From NCBI RefSeq assembly GCF_006345805.1, contig NC_042997.1, forward strand, positions 111,538,001 to 111,602,000: a stretch of DNA of 64,000 nucleotides, given 5' to 3'. This document shows positions 25,305 through 39,024 of this stretch, piece by piece. The position numbers and the translations under genes were made by a program. The notes under the pieces are model-generated. The model had not been told where the DNA came from and made no database searches. It worked only from the letters and a program-made list of their open reading frames with translations. The DNA is from Octopus sinensis. Lineage: Eukaryota. Position 1 is the stretch's first letter. Each line of letters begins with the position of its first letter.

Positions 25305-25500
25305 AGTTAATCCAAACAAGAAAGCACAAAAAAACACAACAACGCGAGGACATGGAACAAATATAGTATTATTGGATGCTCAGGAAAGAAGGAGGGTTTA
25401 ATGTTTTGAGCGAAGCTCTTCGTCGGAAACATAGGAGAAGGAAAGATCCAGAGAAGGGAAGACAGAGGAAAACAAAATCACCAACGGTACACACGCGGTC
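25305..25500 (-). repeat. Penelope-terminus-like repeat family F with hammerhead-like core; also ~37222-37440 and 41180-41420
   Basis: Three copies share ttaatccaaac..caacgcgagga..tattgga..ctcaggaaa..gagctcttcgtc(a/g)gaaac, each next to an AT-rich microsatellite. Confidence 0.75.
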
Positions 25501-26069
25501 ACATGTGTGTTTATATGTGTGTGTGTAGTGAGAATTTACAAAATAACAAAAGATGAAGACAGGTGTGTAAGCAACAAACAGATGTATTAGTGTGTATATG
25601 TATATATATACACACACACATATAAATAAAAGAGAAGCTCTATAATAGCCTGGATTATGAGTGAAACCACTCCTTTACTGGATTCATTTAACATGCCACA
25701 GTAAACAGTTTCACAAATTAAACAGCCATCAGTTTATTAGCAAAATCAATGTCTCCAGAGATCTTTCCACTGAAAAACTTGACAGTTCAATTCTTTAAGG
25801 ATTGATGGCTTACTCTTGAGGTTAAACGTATTGATTCCTGCCACATAATAGCTTTGGTTGTTTTGCTTAACAATTCAGACAATTTTTGTAGTTGTTTTTT
25901 CTTTGTTTTATTCCTCTTTGAGCTACAATATTAATACAAGTTCGTTTGTTTGTTGGTTATAAAAATTAGAAAATGTAACAAAAACTAACAACAGGCTTTG
26001 GTAAGATGTCAGTAATTATCTGTAAAGTCCCATAGCATCTACATTACTATTTCGGCACTGTTACTAATA

Positions 26070-27072
26070 ATCAATTCAATTCAATTTTTATTGGCTTAAA
26101 AAGCAAAAGCAAAGCCATGTAGGGGGACAGGGATGCTGGTCATACAAAGAGTTCAGGTCATTTCTAGTCAAGGAAGTCTTTGAACCGAGCGGTCGTCGGC
26201 ATCTTCATTATCTTGTCCGGCAACTTATTCCACGGATCTGCAACCCGGACAGAGAAAGCCCCCTCTCCTTCGATTGAGATGAAATCGTTGAAGATAGAGC
26301 TTTTCAGAGTGACCCCGCAGCCCATGCTCTGGAGCAGGAGTGAAGAACAGCTCTTTCGAGAGGTTACACTTTCCGCTTATGATGTTGTGAGCGAGAATGA
26401 GATCAGCACAGTGTCGTCGTTTTTTGAGAGAATAAAGGTTGAGCGTCTTCAGCCTTTCTTCATAAGACAAATGCTTGAGACCAAGAACCATGCGGGTAGC
26501 CAGCTTCTGGACTCTTTCGAGATGATGTATGTCTTTGAGGAGATAAGGAGAAGAGGCTTGAATCCCGTACTCTAATATGGGTCTCACCAGCGTGACATAG
26601 AGTGGTAGGAATATGGCTGCTGTGAGCATTTCGAATGACCGTCGAATCAAAAACAGAACTCCGCGTGCTTTGTTGGCAGCCTGGACACATTGGGTCGAAA
26701 GGTGAAAAGGAAGAATCCACCAAGATACTCAGGTCCTTTACCTGGTCGGTCTTCTCCAGCAGCAGACGATCCGGCTCGAAATCAAGTTGAGTTGCAGGAG
26801 AGGAGCCAACAGGCAGATGACAGCACTTTGACATGTTCAGACACAGGTCCCATTCGTTTGACCATCTCCAAACGTGGTGGAGGCATCGATGAAGATCATC
26901 TATATCACTGCAAGGAGCGACCAGTTTGACATCATTGGCAAATAGAAGGGTGTGTTGCGTGAGGTCGTTGGGCAAGTCATTGATGAAGACTAAAAACAAT
27001 AACGGCCCAAGCACTGAACTTTGAGGCATGCCACTGCTCGCACTGGAGATGTCGGACAGCGAACAGAACATT
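26070..27072 (-). mobile_element. CR1-clade LINE, 5'-truncated RT C-terminus with 3' tail
   Basis: SGMPQSSVLGPLLFLVFINDLP..FANDVKL; LYVTLVRPILEYG..SPYLLKDIHHLERVQKLATRMV..LSYEERLKTLNLYSL; PWNKLP. Tail of (attga)-like repeats at ~26070-26090. Confidence 0.88.
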
Positions 27073-27421
27073 ATAAACTAATATGGCCACTTCCAATATG
27101 GTTCTCTCTGTAAACTGCCAAAACAGACACAGGTGTCTTCAGATTAATTCAGTGTTCTCATAGTCATTGTTTCTTGACCAATTTTGCAATTCCTGAGGTA
27201 AAAGTTAAAATGTTTTCAAGAAAAAAAAAAGCAAAAGGAACTTTTGGAGTGAGACAAGTGAACAACAAATTAATTGCATGTTCATTCTGTAGGATTAATA
27301 GATAAATACAGTTCAATATAAGCCCTAAAATTCACTCCATAATTGCTCACAGGCATATGGCATAGTGGTTAAGAGCGTGGGTTACTAATCCCAAGATTCT
27401 GAGTTCAATTCAAAGCAGTGA

Positions 27422-27453
<32 letters not shown>

Positions 27454-28574
27454 GCAGCAGCAGCAGCATCGAAAAATATCTTAGGAATGAGAACCCAGGT
27501 TCTAAATTTCCCCCAAGACACCTCACAAAGGCTGGAGGGTATATCAGCCGAAACGTTGTGTTAACAACAAACAAGATGAGGACAAATATCCATCAAATGT
27601 AAATAATGTAATAGATAAATGTTGGTTGGTTTGTTTCTCTAGTCATGATTTATATGACTAGAGACAGTCAAAAACAGATACAGAAAGAGTTAATATAAGA
27701 CATGGACGTCAAGTGCACATAATAGGCTTGGTGGTAGGCAATAAGTAACATTTTGCATGCACAGGCACACAAAATGAAAGAGAAATAATCATAGAAGAGG
27801 AGTACCGATACCAGTACCGCCAGCCTGGCACCCATGCCGGTGGCACATAAAAAGGCACCATTCGGACATGGTTGTTGCCAGTGCCACCTGAGTGGCGCCC
27901 ATGCCGGTGGCACATAAAAAGCACCATTTGAGCGTGGGCGTTGCTAGTACCACTTGAATGGCTCCTGTGCTGGTGATACATAAAAAGCACCATTCAAGCA
28001 TGGTTGATGCCAGTGTCACCTGACTGGTCCTGTGCCAGTGGCATGTAAAAAGCACCATTTGGACATGGTTGTTGCCAGTACCACTTGAGTGGCACGTAAA
28101 AGCACCATTCAAGCATAGTCAATGCCAGTACTGCCTGGCTGGCCCTTGTGCCAGTGGCACGTAAAAAGCAGCTACTACACTCGGAGTGGTTGGCGTTAGG
28201 AAGGGCATCCAGCTGTAGAAACATTGCCAGATCAGACTGGAGCCTGGTGCAGCCTCCTGGCTTGCCACAACCCAGGAGGAGGAGTAAATGATGGAATAGT
28301 TGTCTGCAGCTAAAAAAGAAATCTCTACAATAATGAATATTTATTGCAAGGAATCTTTTCCTTCAATGCTTTTCAAGAAAGCTGTTCATCAACAGAGTAA
28401 GGTCTTTGGTTTTAATCATTTGGGATATTAAGAATTTATAGCAAACAGTTCCAAGTGAATGATATCACTAGAATTGCTGCAATAATAGTAACACAAGTTT
28501 GCCCTACATGGTAATACCAGAAAATACACCATTTATACATACAATCATCATCATTGAATGCCAGTTTGCCATGC

Positions 28575-28584
28575 TAGAGAGAGA

Positions 28585-28679
<95 letters not shown>

Positions 28680-28682
28680 GAG
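28575..28682. repeat. (GA)n microsatellite
   Basis: Direct inspection. Confidence 0.97.
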
Positions 28683-31600
28683 GTGCACCAGGTTCCATTG
28701 TCTGCTTTGGTATGGTTTTTCTTTGGCTGGATGCCCTTCCTAACATCAACCCCTTTACAGAGTGTGGACTGGGCTTTTTATGTGGCACCAGCATCAGTAA
28801 GGTCACCAAGTAACTTGCAAGACAAGATCCCTTAACTGAGACAGGATATGGTGCTAAGGGAGGTGAAAGTATGGTAGCCAGACAGGAACAGATGTCTTGC
28901 TGAGGAGGATATATATATATATAAATATATGGCTTCCCTGGCTGGAGAGAGAGAGAGGAACAGAGGGAAGGGGGGGTAAAAGGGGTGGTGGTGACATGGC
29001 TAGAGATGGGGATGGGGGGGGGGGGCACAGAGCATGAGGCATACAGGTGGTTAGTAGGTCATTACTCTTTCACATGAATCCACTCCCACCAGCTAAGGAA
29101 GCATTCCATCTGACAACAAGGATGTGATAGTTCCCTCTCTATAAAAAAACCCAATGGAGCATCTCAGAAAATCACTAGGTGGGGGCATAGACAATAGTGA
29201 ATATCAGTTTGGGAGGAAGTGAAAGAAACATCTAATGTCAAATACATTAAATATGTATGTTGTTGTAGCTGATATTTTCTAAGTCTTCAATGCCTGATAC
29301 ATTGTGTGTTTATAACTGAGATTTTGTTTTGTAATGAGTCTACAATTTATAATGGATGAATGTATTACAACCAATATTCTCTCAGTGTTGTTGTATATTC
29401 TCAGATAAATACACACAAATAAAGCACTTAAAAGCAAGATGAAAACAGTGACAGGTATTCAATAGTCTGGAGTTAGAGAACATAAAACAAACACAGGGAC
29501 ATAAAGATCTCCATTAAAACGTCTCTAAACTATAATTTTTCAATGCACCAAAGTTTATATCATCATCGGTTACTGTTTGGTTGGATGGTTTGACAAGAGC
29601 TGGCAAGCTGGGAGGCCACACCAGGCTCTAATTGTCTGTTTTGGCCATGTTTTTTACAGCTGGATGCTCTTTCTGACACCAACCATTTTACAGAGTGTAC
29701 TGGGTGCTTCTTACATGGCCTTGGGGCAGGTGCTTTTTATGTGGCACCAGCACACCGACAGGGTTACCAAATACTTCGCAGGACAAAAACCCCTCAACTG
29801 GGAGGGAAAGAGCAGTATTGAGGGGGTGTGGCTGTATGTATGTATGTATGTATGCATCAAACACAGTGAGAATCAGACAGACAGGGATCATCATCATCAT
29901 CGTTTAATGTCTGCTTTCCATGCTAGCATGGGTTGGACGATTTTGACTGAGGCCTGCGAACAAGATGGCTGCACTAGGCTCCAATCTTGATCTGGCAGAG
30001 TTTCTACAGCTGGATGCCCTTCCTAACGCCAACAACTCCGAGAATGTAGTGGGTGCTTTTACGTGCCACCGGCATGGGGGCCAGTCAGGTGGTACTGGCA
30101 ATGACCTCATTTGAATCTTTTTACACATGTCACTGGCACAGGTGCCAATAAGGCACCGTTGGTAACGATCACGCTCAAATGGTGCCCTTTTATGTGGCAC
30201 GGCATGGGGGCCAGTCAGGTGGTACTGGCAATGACCTCGCTCGAATCTTTTTACAAAATACCACCGGCACAGGTGCCAGTAAGGCAACGTTGGTAATGAT
30301 CACGCTTGAATGGTACCCTTTTACGTGCCACCGGCACAGATCTACGTATTAGGAAACCATCAACTGTAACAAAGAACTATATTAGAAAGTAAGCACAGGT
30401 AAACACAGGCCTTCCAAGATTTTGATGTGTGGAAAAAATATAGAAGGGGTGAATGTCTTGGTGAATCATTTTGCAACTTGTTGACCATTCCTCAGAGAAA
30501 TTCCTAGTCGAAAACAGAGCATTCACCTGCTATATAAAGCAGGAAGCTACCAAGTTATTGATGAGGTGGATAAATTAATTTCAATGTTTGTGTTTTAGAT
30601 AACTTGTCACAAAGCAAACTATGAATCCACACAACACACACACACTGAATTTGAAATGCTGAAATAAACTGAAATATTTTAAAATTACTTTGCTTGGGAA
30701 CAGATAAGGGTTGGTGACAGGAAGGGCACTGAACAATGGAAAATGTACGTCGATGAATTTCATGTGAAACATGGAAAAGTCAATGCTATGATGAGGATGA
30801 CAGATGGCTATAACAGTACTGTAGCAGAAGAAATCCTTTATATACCCTCAAATTCTTGTTGGGATTAGTCTGTGTGTGTAGGGGGGGAGGCTACGACAAA
30901 ACTATGAAAACTATGTTTCTAAACATAAAAATATACTTTAGTACAAGATCTGGTTTATTATTTTGAAGCTGAAGGTGTGGTGAGTTGGCAGAATGCTTAG
31001 CAGTATTTTGCTTGTCACTATGTTCTGAGTTCAAATTCCACAGAGGTCAACTTTGCCTTCCATCCTTTTGGGGTCAATAAATTAGGTACCAGTGAAACAC
31101 TGGGGGCGGGGGGGGGGTTCGATGTAATTGACTATACACCCCTCCCCTCCAAATAGCAGGAAGGATTATTTTGAAGCTGAGTTGGTGTAAAATTCCTTTT
31201 CTGACCAACACTGTCATATTATTAAAGCCTGTCGGTAGCACATAAAATGCAACATCCAAATGTGGCTGATGCCAGTACCCCCCGACTGGCCCCCATGGCA
31301 GTGACATGCAAAAAGCACTATCCGAACGTGATCAATGCCAGGAGTGCTTGACTGGCTCCTGTGCTGGTGGCACGTAACAAGCACCATCCAAATGTAGTCA
31401 ATGTCAGTGCTCTCTGACTGGCCTTTGTGCTGGTGGCACATAAAAAGCACTATCTGAATGTGATAAATGCCAGGCCACCTGACTGACTCCTGTGCTGGTG
31501 GCACGTAAAAAGCATCCACTACACTCTCAGAGTAGTTGGCGTTATGAAGGGCATCCAGCTGTAGAAACCTTGCCAGATCAAATTGGAACCTGGTGCAGTC

Positions 31601-32639
31601 ACTGGCTCTCCAAACCTCAGCCAAACCGTCCAATCCATGCCAGCATGGAAAATGGATGTTAAACGATGATGATGAACATTTACTACATATTACTAGAGAC
31701 AGTAAAATTGCGACCATGGCCTTCATATTCCTAGAGATCGTAACATTTATGAACACACCTTCCTGTAGCTTGGGAGTTTGCTCCAGCACACCATTACTAC
31801 CTTCTTTGTCTCTTCCTAAGCAACTGCCAGCCACCCTTATACAATGTGGGGTAGCCATGTATCTCCTCTTATAGTAAGGCACTTGTGCTTGCCCCCGCCC
31901 CGTCATACATTAGCCTTTCAACTTTCCTCTTCTTTTCTAGTAAGTTACTTAACCACTTCACTAGTGGCCTATAAATAAAGCAGCCAGTACACACTGGCAT
32001 TATGAACGGTGTCCAGCCACAGAAACCATGCCAATGGCTCAACAGCTTCCAACCCTACCGATTCCTGCCAAACCATCCAACCCATGCCTGCATAGAAAAC
32101 AGAAGTTAAATGACGACGATGATGATAATGGTGGTGGCGATTGTGATGATGATGATGCCACTTTTTTAGAGATATGGAAATATTCCTTGAAAAAGAAGAA
32201 TTGTTTCACTTTGCACCAAAGTCCTGCAAACAAACATCTGTTAACTGCCTCCAAGAATTCTTTTGTTTGGTCGATTGTTCTGGGATTGCTTAATGTTTTT
32301 AGGTGCAGACACATGGTTTAGTGGTTAGGGGATTTGGCTCAAGATTCTAAGGTCACGAGTTCAGTTCTTGGTGACATGCTATGTCCTTGAGCAAGACACT
32401 TATCACATTACTTGAACCCATTCAGCTGGCAAAAAATGAGTTGTACCTGTAAAATAAAAAGGGCCAGTCTTGTCACAATCTGTGTCAAACTGAATCTCCC
32501 TCAGAACTACATCAAGGGTAAGTGTGTCTGTGGAGTACTCAACCACTTGCACATTAATTTCATCAGTGGGTTTGTTCCATCGACTGAGCCCAGTGGAACA
32601 CTTCATCATAACCGACAGAGAGTGAATCCTAATGGAATG

Positions 32640-32863
32640 AATACAACAAGCATTAAAAGCAAGGAACAGTTTTCTGCTTCAACCAAAGATGGGTTGTTGC
32701 TGAAGACGAAGAATGCTGCTCTTTCAAAAGTACTGAATACAAAACAAACTAGAATATCAGATACAAGTGGTTGAAATCAAAGAATATTCTAGAAACTACG
32801 ATACCTGCCAAATTGCTTGGTGTTGGAGGTGTCTTTTTCCATTAGTAGTAGTAGTAGTAGTAG

Positions 32864-32890
<27 letters not shown>
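32640..32890 (+). repeat. ~240-bp repeat with (TAG/TAA)n tail, possibly an RLE-LINE end; second copy at ~36600-36830 (-)
   Basis: Two dispersed copies share aacagttttctgcttcaaccaaag...gaatattctagaaa...ccaaattgcttgg...ttccattagta(ata)n. Confidence 0.6.
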
Positions 32891-32894
<4 letters not shown>

Positions 32895-33254
32895 TAGCAC
32901 TATGACCCAGTGTTGTCAGGTCATAGTGCTAGTACATGCATATACAGTTGCGTGTGCGCGCACATACACGTGAATACTGTCCAAATCTCCAGCCAATCGC
33001 ATACAGCTAGCTGGCATTCAATTGGCGTATCAAGTTTCAGGCATTTTGATTGGGTTTTGGATAGAAAATTCACAAAAAGTCACTTCTACTGATTTTTTAA
33101 TGGCTTTGCGGGGTGACTGGGGAAATGTAAAGATGTGCACGACCACCCTTGGATGGTTTTGAATGACCATAGAAAGTGCGAGCCCTCTAACTGAAAAATT
33201 GTGGATTTGTATAAAGGACACACATGCAGACATTTTGCCGTTTATATATATAGA

Positions 33255-33592
33255 GATAATAATAATAATAGGACCTCTAGGAATGATAAAAAAAAGTACT
33301 GAAATCTATTTGAAAATGATACCAGGCTTACCATCCATACAAGAAGTGCAAAAAATCGTTAACTGGAACGGCTCATATACTGAGAAGAGCATTATCACTG
33401 TGAAAACACCATCCATTCATGAATTTATTTATTCATTAATTTTTTAAATACATATTTTATCTGTGAATTTGCATGTGTAATCTGGGAATGCATACAATAA
33501 GCTTCTCTGCCCTAGGTGTATGGAAAACACTCGGCAAGAAACAGAAGAAAATTTGAAGAAGGAAGGAAAAATAATAATAATAATAATAATAA
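33255..33592 (+). mobile_element. RLE-type (R4/NeSL-like) LINE 3' end with (TAA)n tail
   Basis: IIIGPLGMIKK..YLKMIPGLPSIQEVQKI[frameshift]TGTAHILRRALSL*, matching the LQK.VLLGTAHILRK C-terminus; followed by a UTR and (taa)n. Confidence 0.7.
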
Positions 33593-34878
33593 AATGCCCT
33601 GATGCAGTACCAGGCAGTGGCTCTCATGGCTTCTGATCTTAATTGATTGGAAATGTTATCATGTACATTATTTTGTCCTGGTATAAAAAGATGGGCTATA
33701 GCAAATATTCTGCTCAATACCACAGATTTGCTTGTCAGTTGTTTGATCTTAACCAGTTGGGCATGTCCCTTAGTGGAGTGCCGGTTAATGTTTCTGTGAA
33801 GAAGACTGTGGTACCAAAATGGAAAATCAATAATTCATGGCTCATAACTGTATATTCTATGGTCAATATACCATTGTTTTCAATGTTGCTACCTAATTCT
33901 ATATTACAGCAACAACAGAAGAATAGGTAATAACATTTCTCTCATTTTCTTTTTGTTTTTTGTTTTTTTTGTTCTTTTAATGTTAGCAGAAAGAATTGTT
34001 TCAATGCTTTCGTTCAGTTAACATTTGATTTTTCATTTTAGCATTAGTTTGGATGCAGACTTATTTCAAGCAGGATTTCACAGCTGGATGCTCTTCCTGT
34101 TGGCAACCTCAGTTTTCAAATAAAGAATTTCCTTGTTTGGTAAGTTTTTGAACATAGACTGACCAAGCAGAAGGTCAGTCAACAAGGAATATCTACATCA
34201 GCACCACTTCTCTCAAGCGGAAAACACTGATGAACATTCACTCACACACACACATATATAAACATGTGCGCATGCTCACACACACACACACACTAATGTA
34301 TGCATGGACACACACATTTAACGAACTTCTTGCAATTTCGGTGCACTGTATTCCTTAGCAAGGCAATGACTGGCCCAGAGCAACATCATCATCATCATTT
34401 AACGTCTGTTTTCCATGCTAGCATGGGTTGGACGATTTGATTGAGGTCTGGCGAACAAGATGGCTGCACCAGACTCCAAACTGATCTGGCAGAGTTTCTA
34501 CAGCTAGATGCCTTTCCTAACACCAACCACTACAAGAGTGTAGTGGATGCTTCTTATGTGCCACCGTCCCAGGAGCCAGTCAGGTGGTACAGGCAATGGC
34601 CACGCTCAGATGGTGTTTTTTACGTGTCACCAGCACAGGAGCCAGTCCAGTGGCACTGGCGACGACCTCGGTCGAATGTTTTTTCATGTGCCAGTAAGGC
34701 GACAACAGAAGATATTTCCTTAAGATGTCACATAGTGGTACTGAACTGGAGACCATGGGAAAATTATCGTCTCTTTCACAGCATGTTACAGAAACCAATC
34801 AATCAAAGGAACCATGGAGTTTTATATTTTAAAAAAAAAAAAAAAAAAAGGCAAAATAGTTCTACTCTTAATCATTTA

Positions 34879-35127
<249 letters not shown>

Positions 35128-36289
35128 CTATCACATGGGAAATAAAAAAACTCAACAACAGCTGTTTCAGTGTATTACATGAGGAACAAAGCCTTACACC
35201 ACTGTTTCAGTGATAGTTTTACTCCCCTCATACCTTTGGGGCCAGGGCTCCAAAGGTATGAGGGGAGTAAAACTAATGCATGCATTAGTGTGTGTGTGAG
35301 AGCATGCGCACACGTTTATATATGTGTGTGCGTGTGAGTGAATGTTCATCAGTGTTTTCCGCTTGAGAAAAGTGGTGCTGATGTAGATATTCCTTGTTGA
35401 CTGACCTTCTGCTTGGTCAGTCTATGTTAAAAAAATTACCAAACAAGGAAATTCTTTATTTGAAAACTGAGGTTGCCAACAGGAAGAGTATCCAGCTGTG
35501 GGCCCTCATACCTTTGGGGCTACCCTGGTACCGCACACCGCTGCTTTCATTCCTTTCCAGCACCATCCAATCATTCTCACTTAGGTCCCTAAATGTGAGT
35601 AGCCACACAACCTCTACAAGAACCTGCTTTTCCCCTACCGCTTCTCTAATACTTTAGCTCCCATCTAACATGAGGATGCATCCCCACCATTCCCTGGGTT
35701 TTGTAGGTTTTGTGGGCTGTATGGCAACCTCACTAGTGTAGGTGGCAAGAAAAACAAAAAAGCACCCAGCATAGGGAGCATGTTGTAGTCCTTTGGATTG
35801 ATGGATCCTGTCAAACTGTCCAACCCATGCCAGCATGGAACGTGGACATTAAATGATGATTATGAAATTCCAAATCCTTTACATTCAAATTTAATCAAAA
35901 CTTCAGAAATACAGGCATGAAGGAGTTAAATTTAGATAAATAGCCATAAATTACATTTTAAAGCGATGGCAATATCAAATTCAGAAACATTTCATAAAAT
36001 CATTTTTATATTTCATCACAGGAAAAAAAAATCATAATTTAAGCCAATTTGTGAATATAATTCATAAAGAGTGGTTCCATAAATTCTTTAAAAAACTCCT
36101 ATTAAATATTTGTGCACAACAGAATTTATGAAATGAAAAATTACAGTAAGTCTGAGCTGCTTCTTTCTAAGTATTTTATTATAAATCAACTTATTAGAAA
36201 CCATTTCAAAGTTAATCTACAATTTTATTCTGCAATGGTCTACATATGTAACACTTTAATTACGGAACAATATCAAAGTTCATTATTTA

Positions 36290-36565
36290 CATTTGACGGA
36301 TATTTGTCCTCATCTTGTTTCTTGTTAACACAATGTTTCGGCTGATATACTCTCTAGCCTTCATCAGGTGTCTTGGGAAAATTTTGAACCTGGGTTCTCA
36401 TTCCTAAGATATTTTTTTGATATTATTATTATTATTATTATTATTCAGGTCACTGCCTGGAATCGAACTCAGAATCTTGTAGTAAGTAACCCGTGCGCTT
36501 AACCACTACACCATATGCCCGTAAATAATGTACATAATTCCTCATCTCTTAAATATAGAACTGTA
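36290..36565 (-). mobile_element. SINE-like family E: tRNA head, (AAT)n, Penelope-like tail with hammerhead motif; other copies 27305-27610(+) and 18871-19012(-, truncated)
   Basis: Head ggcatatggNgtagtggttaag..gagttcgattccaggcagtg; tail gacac-ctgatgaaggct..cagccgaaac(g)ttgtgtt. Confidence 0.8.
36327..36372 (-). ncRNA. Minimal type-I hammerhead-like motif (family E)
   Basis: GACAC-CUGAUGA-A-GGCU..AGCC-GAAAC(A)UU-GUGUU; stem I is GACAC/GUGUU. The sister copy at 27517-27562 has GAAACGUU but a mutated core. Confidence 0.55.
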
Positions 36566-39024
36566 ATAAAGTTATAATCTATTATACACATCAGGGCATT
36601 TTATTATTATTACTAATGGAAAAAAACCACCTGATACCAAGCAATTTGGCTGGTTTCATAATTTCTAGAATATTCTAAGATTTCAACCACTTGTAACTAG
36701 AATTCTAGTTTATTGTTTTGTATCCAATACTTTTGAAGGAGCAGCATTCTTCAACAACACATGTCTCTTTGGTTGAAGCAGAAAATTGTTCCTATCTTTG
36801 ATGTCTGTTGTATCCATTTTATTAGAATCCACTTACCCTCACTTCATCTCTCTCTCTATATATATATATATGTATATATAAATCATCATCATTGTTTAAC
36901 GTCCATTTTCCATGCTAGCATGGGTTGGATGTTTCAACCGGGGTCTGGGAAGCCAGGAGACTGCATCAGGCTCCAGTCTGATCTGGCAGTGTTTCTACAG
37001 CTGGATGCCCTTCCTAATGCCAACCACTCTGTGAGTGTAGTAGGTGTTTTTTACGTGCCACCAGCACAGGGGCCAGAGGAGGCTGGCAAACGGTTACGAT
37101 CGGTTGGTGGTTTTTACATGCCACCGGCACGGGTATCTTAGCTACAATTTCCATTTGATTTTTATTTTGATGTTGACGTACTTGACTCAACAAGTCTCCG
37201 CAAGAACAGTGGGTCACTCTAGATGATATATATATATATAGTTAATCCAAACATGAAAACACAAAGAAAAAACATAACAACGCGAGGATGTGGAACAAGT
37301 ATAGTGTTATTGGACACTCAGGAAAGGAAATAAAGAAGGAGGATTCAATGTTTTGAGTGGAGCTCTTCGTCAGAAACATAGAAAAAGGAAAGGTCCAAGG
37401 AAAGGAAGATGGAGGAAGAAAATCGCCAACGATACACACACACACATACATGTCAAACTATAGAAATGAGTGATCAACACGGCATTAGTGGATATAATTT
37501 CTTTATTTGTGAATTAAGGCTACCATTGGTTTTGTGTTAAGAAAAGCAGTGTCTTAATTTTTCAAGCCAATTGCATGGAGAAAGGGGTTTGCCACCATTT
37601 TGGAAAACAGTCATTTAGTTCACGAGGGTTCTCGTAAAACCAATGAACCAAGAAATGTTACCCCTGGTTTGATGTATACTTTCCTTGGTTGAATAGGGAT
37701 ATTTTTCAGGGATGTCATTATTTCATATTTTTCTATGGTTTGTTTTGATTCTCTGTTCATTTTCAGTGCTTAACCAGTGTTTGTTGACATCAGAAGCTTT
37801 GAATAGAAATATCATTTAATGTCCATTTTCCATGCATGCATGGCATAGATAGAATTTGCTGTGGCAGATTTTCTACAGTTTGATGGTCTTCCTGTCCCCA
37901 CCCTTCATCTGTTTCCAAGTTAGACAATATTTCCCCATGGCCAGACATATTTTTCATAGAAGCCTAGAAATCTCCAACATCACTTGTATGATGGTCGTTC
38001 TCATTTACACACCACATGATACCCAGACACACAATCCTTTTACCTGTTTCAGTTATTAGACTTGGCCATGCTGGAGCACTGACTTGAAGAATTGTTAGTC
38101 GAATGAATTAACCCCTGTACTTGTTATTTTGAAAGCCTGGTACTTATTCTATCAGTCACATTTGAAAAACCACTAAGTCACAGGGGACATAAACACACCA
38201 ACATCAAATTTCTAGATAAGGAAACAGACACACACACACACTCCTATCCACATACACAAATACAAATACACTTCCCCCCTTTATTCACTACATTCATCAC
38301 CAGCCCCATCTCTAACCCCTTCTAATACTCTTACAAATTTACCCACCCACCCTTCCCAACCCTTCACCCTGAATACAATACAATTTCAGTTATGTTGGGC
38401 AAGCCACATACCCTATCAACAGCTTGCTATAAACTCCAAGCAGTACCTGTCTCCCAGTCGGTAATTATTGCTGATGTTATCTATAAAAGACCAATGCAGC
38501 TTGTTTTTATGTGCGACAATAAAATCTTCTGTTGAATGTCTGCGGGTGACATTCAGTTCTTTCTTCACGCAGTCCAAGAAACACATTTTCATTCATGAAT
38601 TCAACATGTTGTCACCCCCTAAGAGCAGCAAACAGCCAACAAAACACCTCTAACCCTAACAAACTAACTGAAACAAAACCAGTGTGTTTCAGTAGAAATA
38701 TGGTCCCAGAAGGGTTAAACAATGAATGGACCCTAAAATTAAACATTCCCTCTATGGCTCATAAGTAACTTCTTCAAACGCTGCATAGTTTTTCCTTCTC
38801 TCCCAGTCTGTAATTATTGCTGTTCTCTTTTTGTAGAAGACCAACACAGTTTGTCTTTATGTGCGACAATAAAATCTATTGAATGTCTGCGGGTGACATT
38901 CAGTTACTTCTTCATGCAGTCCAAGAAACATTTTCTTTCATGAATTCAACCTGACCAACAAACGCTCAAGTGACAACAGTGCCATGAAAAAAATGACTCA
39001 GTACACTCTGTGAAATGGTTTGTA

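Noticed and set aside
25814-25922. Minus-strand frame containing QLQKLSELL, resembling RSPRY1 LQKLTEIL, before a gtaagc donor
   Set aside because: The true ortholog exon is at 9450-9576; this frame lacks LGCLAEK, and its best acceptor is out of phase.
27345-27425. Possible tRNA genes at SINE heads (also families A, B, C)
   Set aside because: A/B-box similarity only; each continues into a SINE body and lacks a complete cloverleaf.
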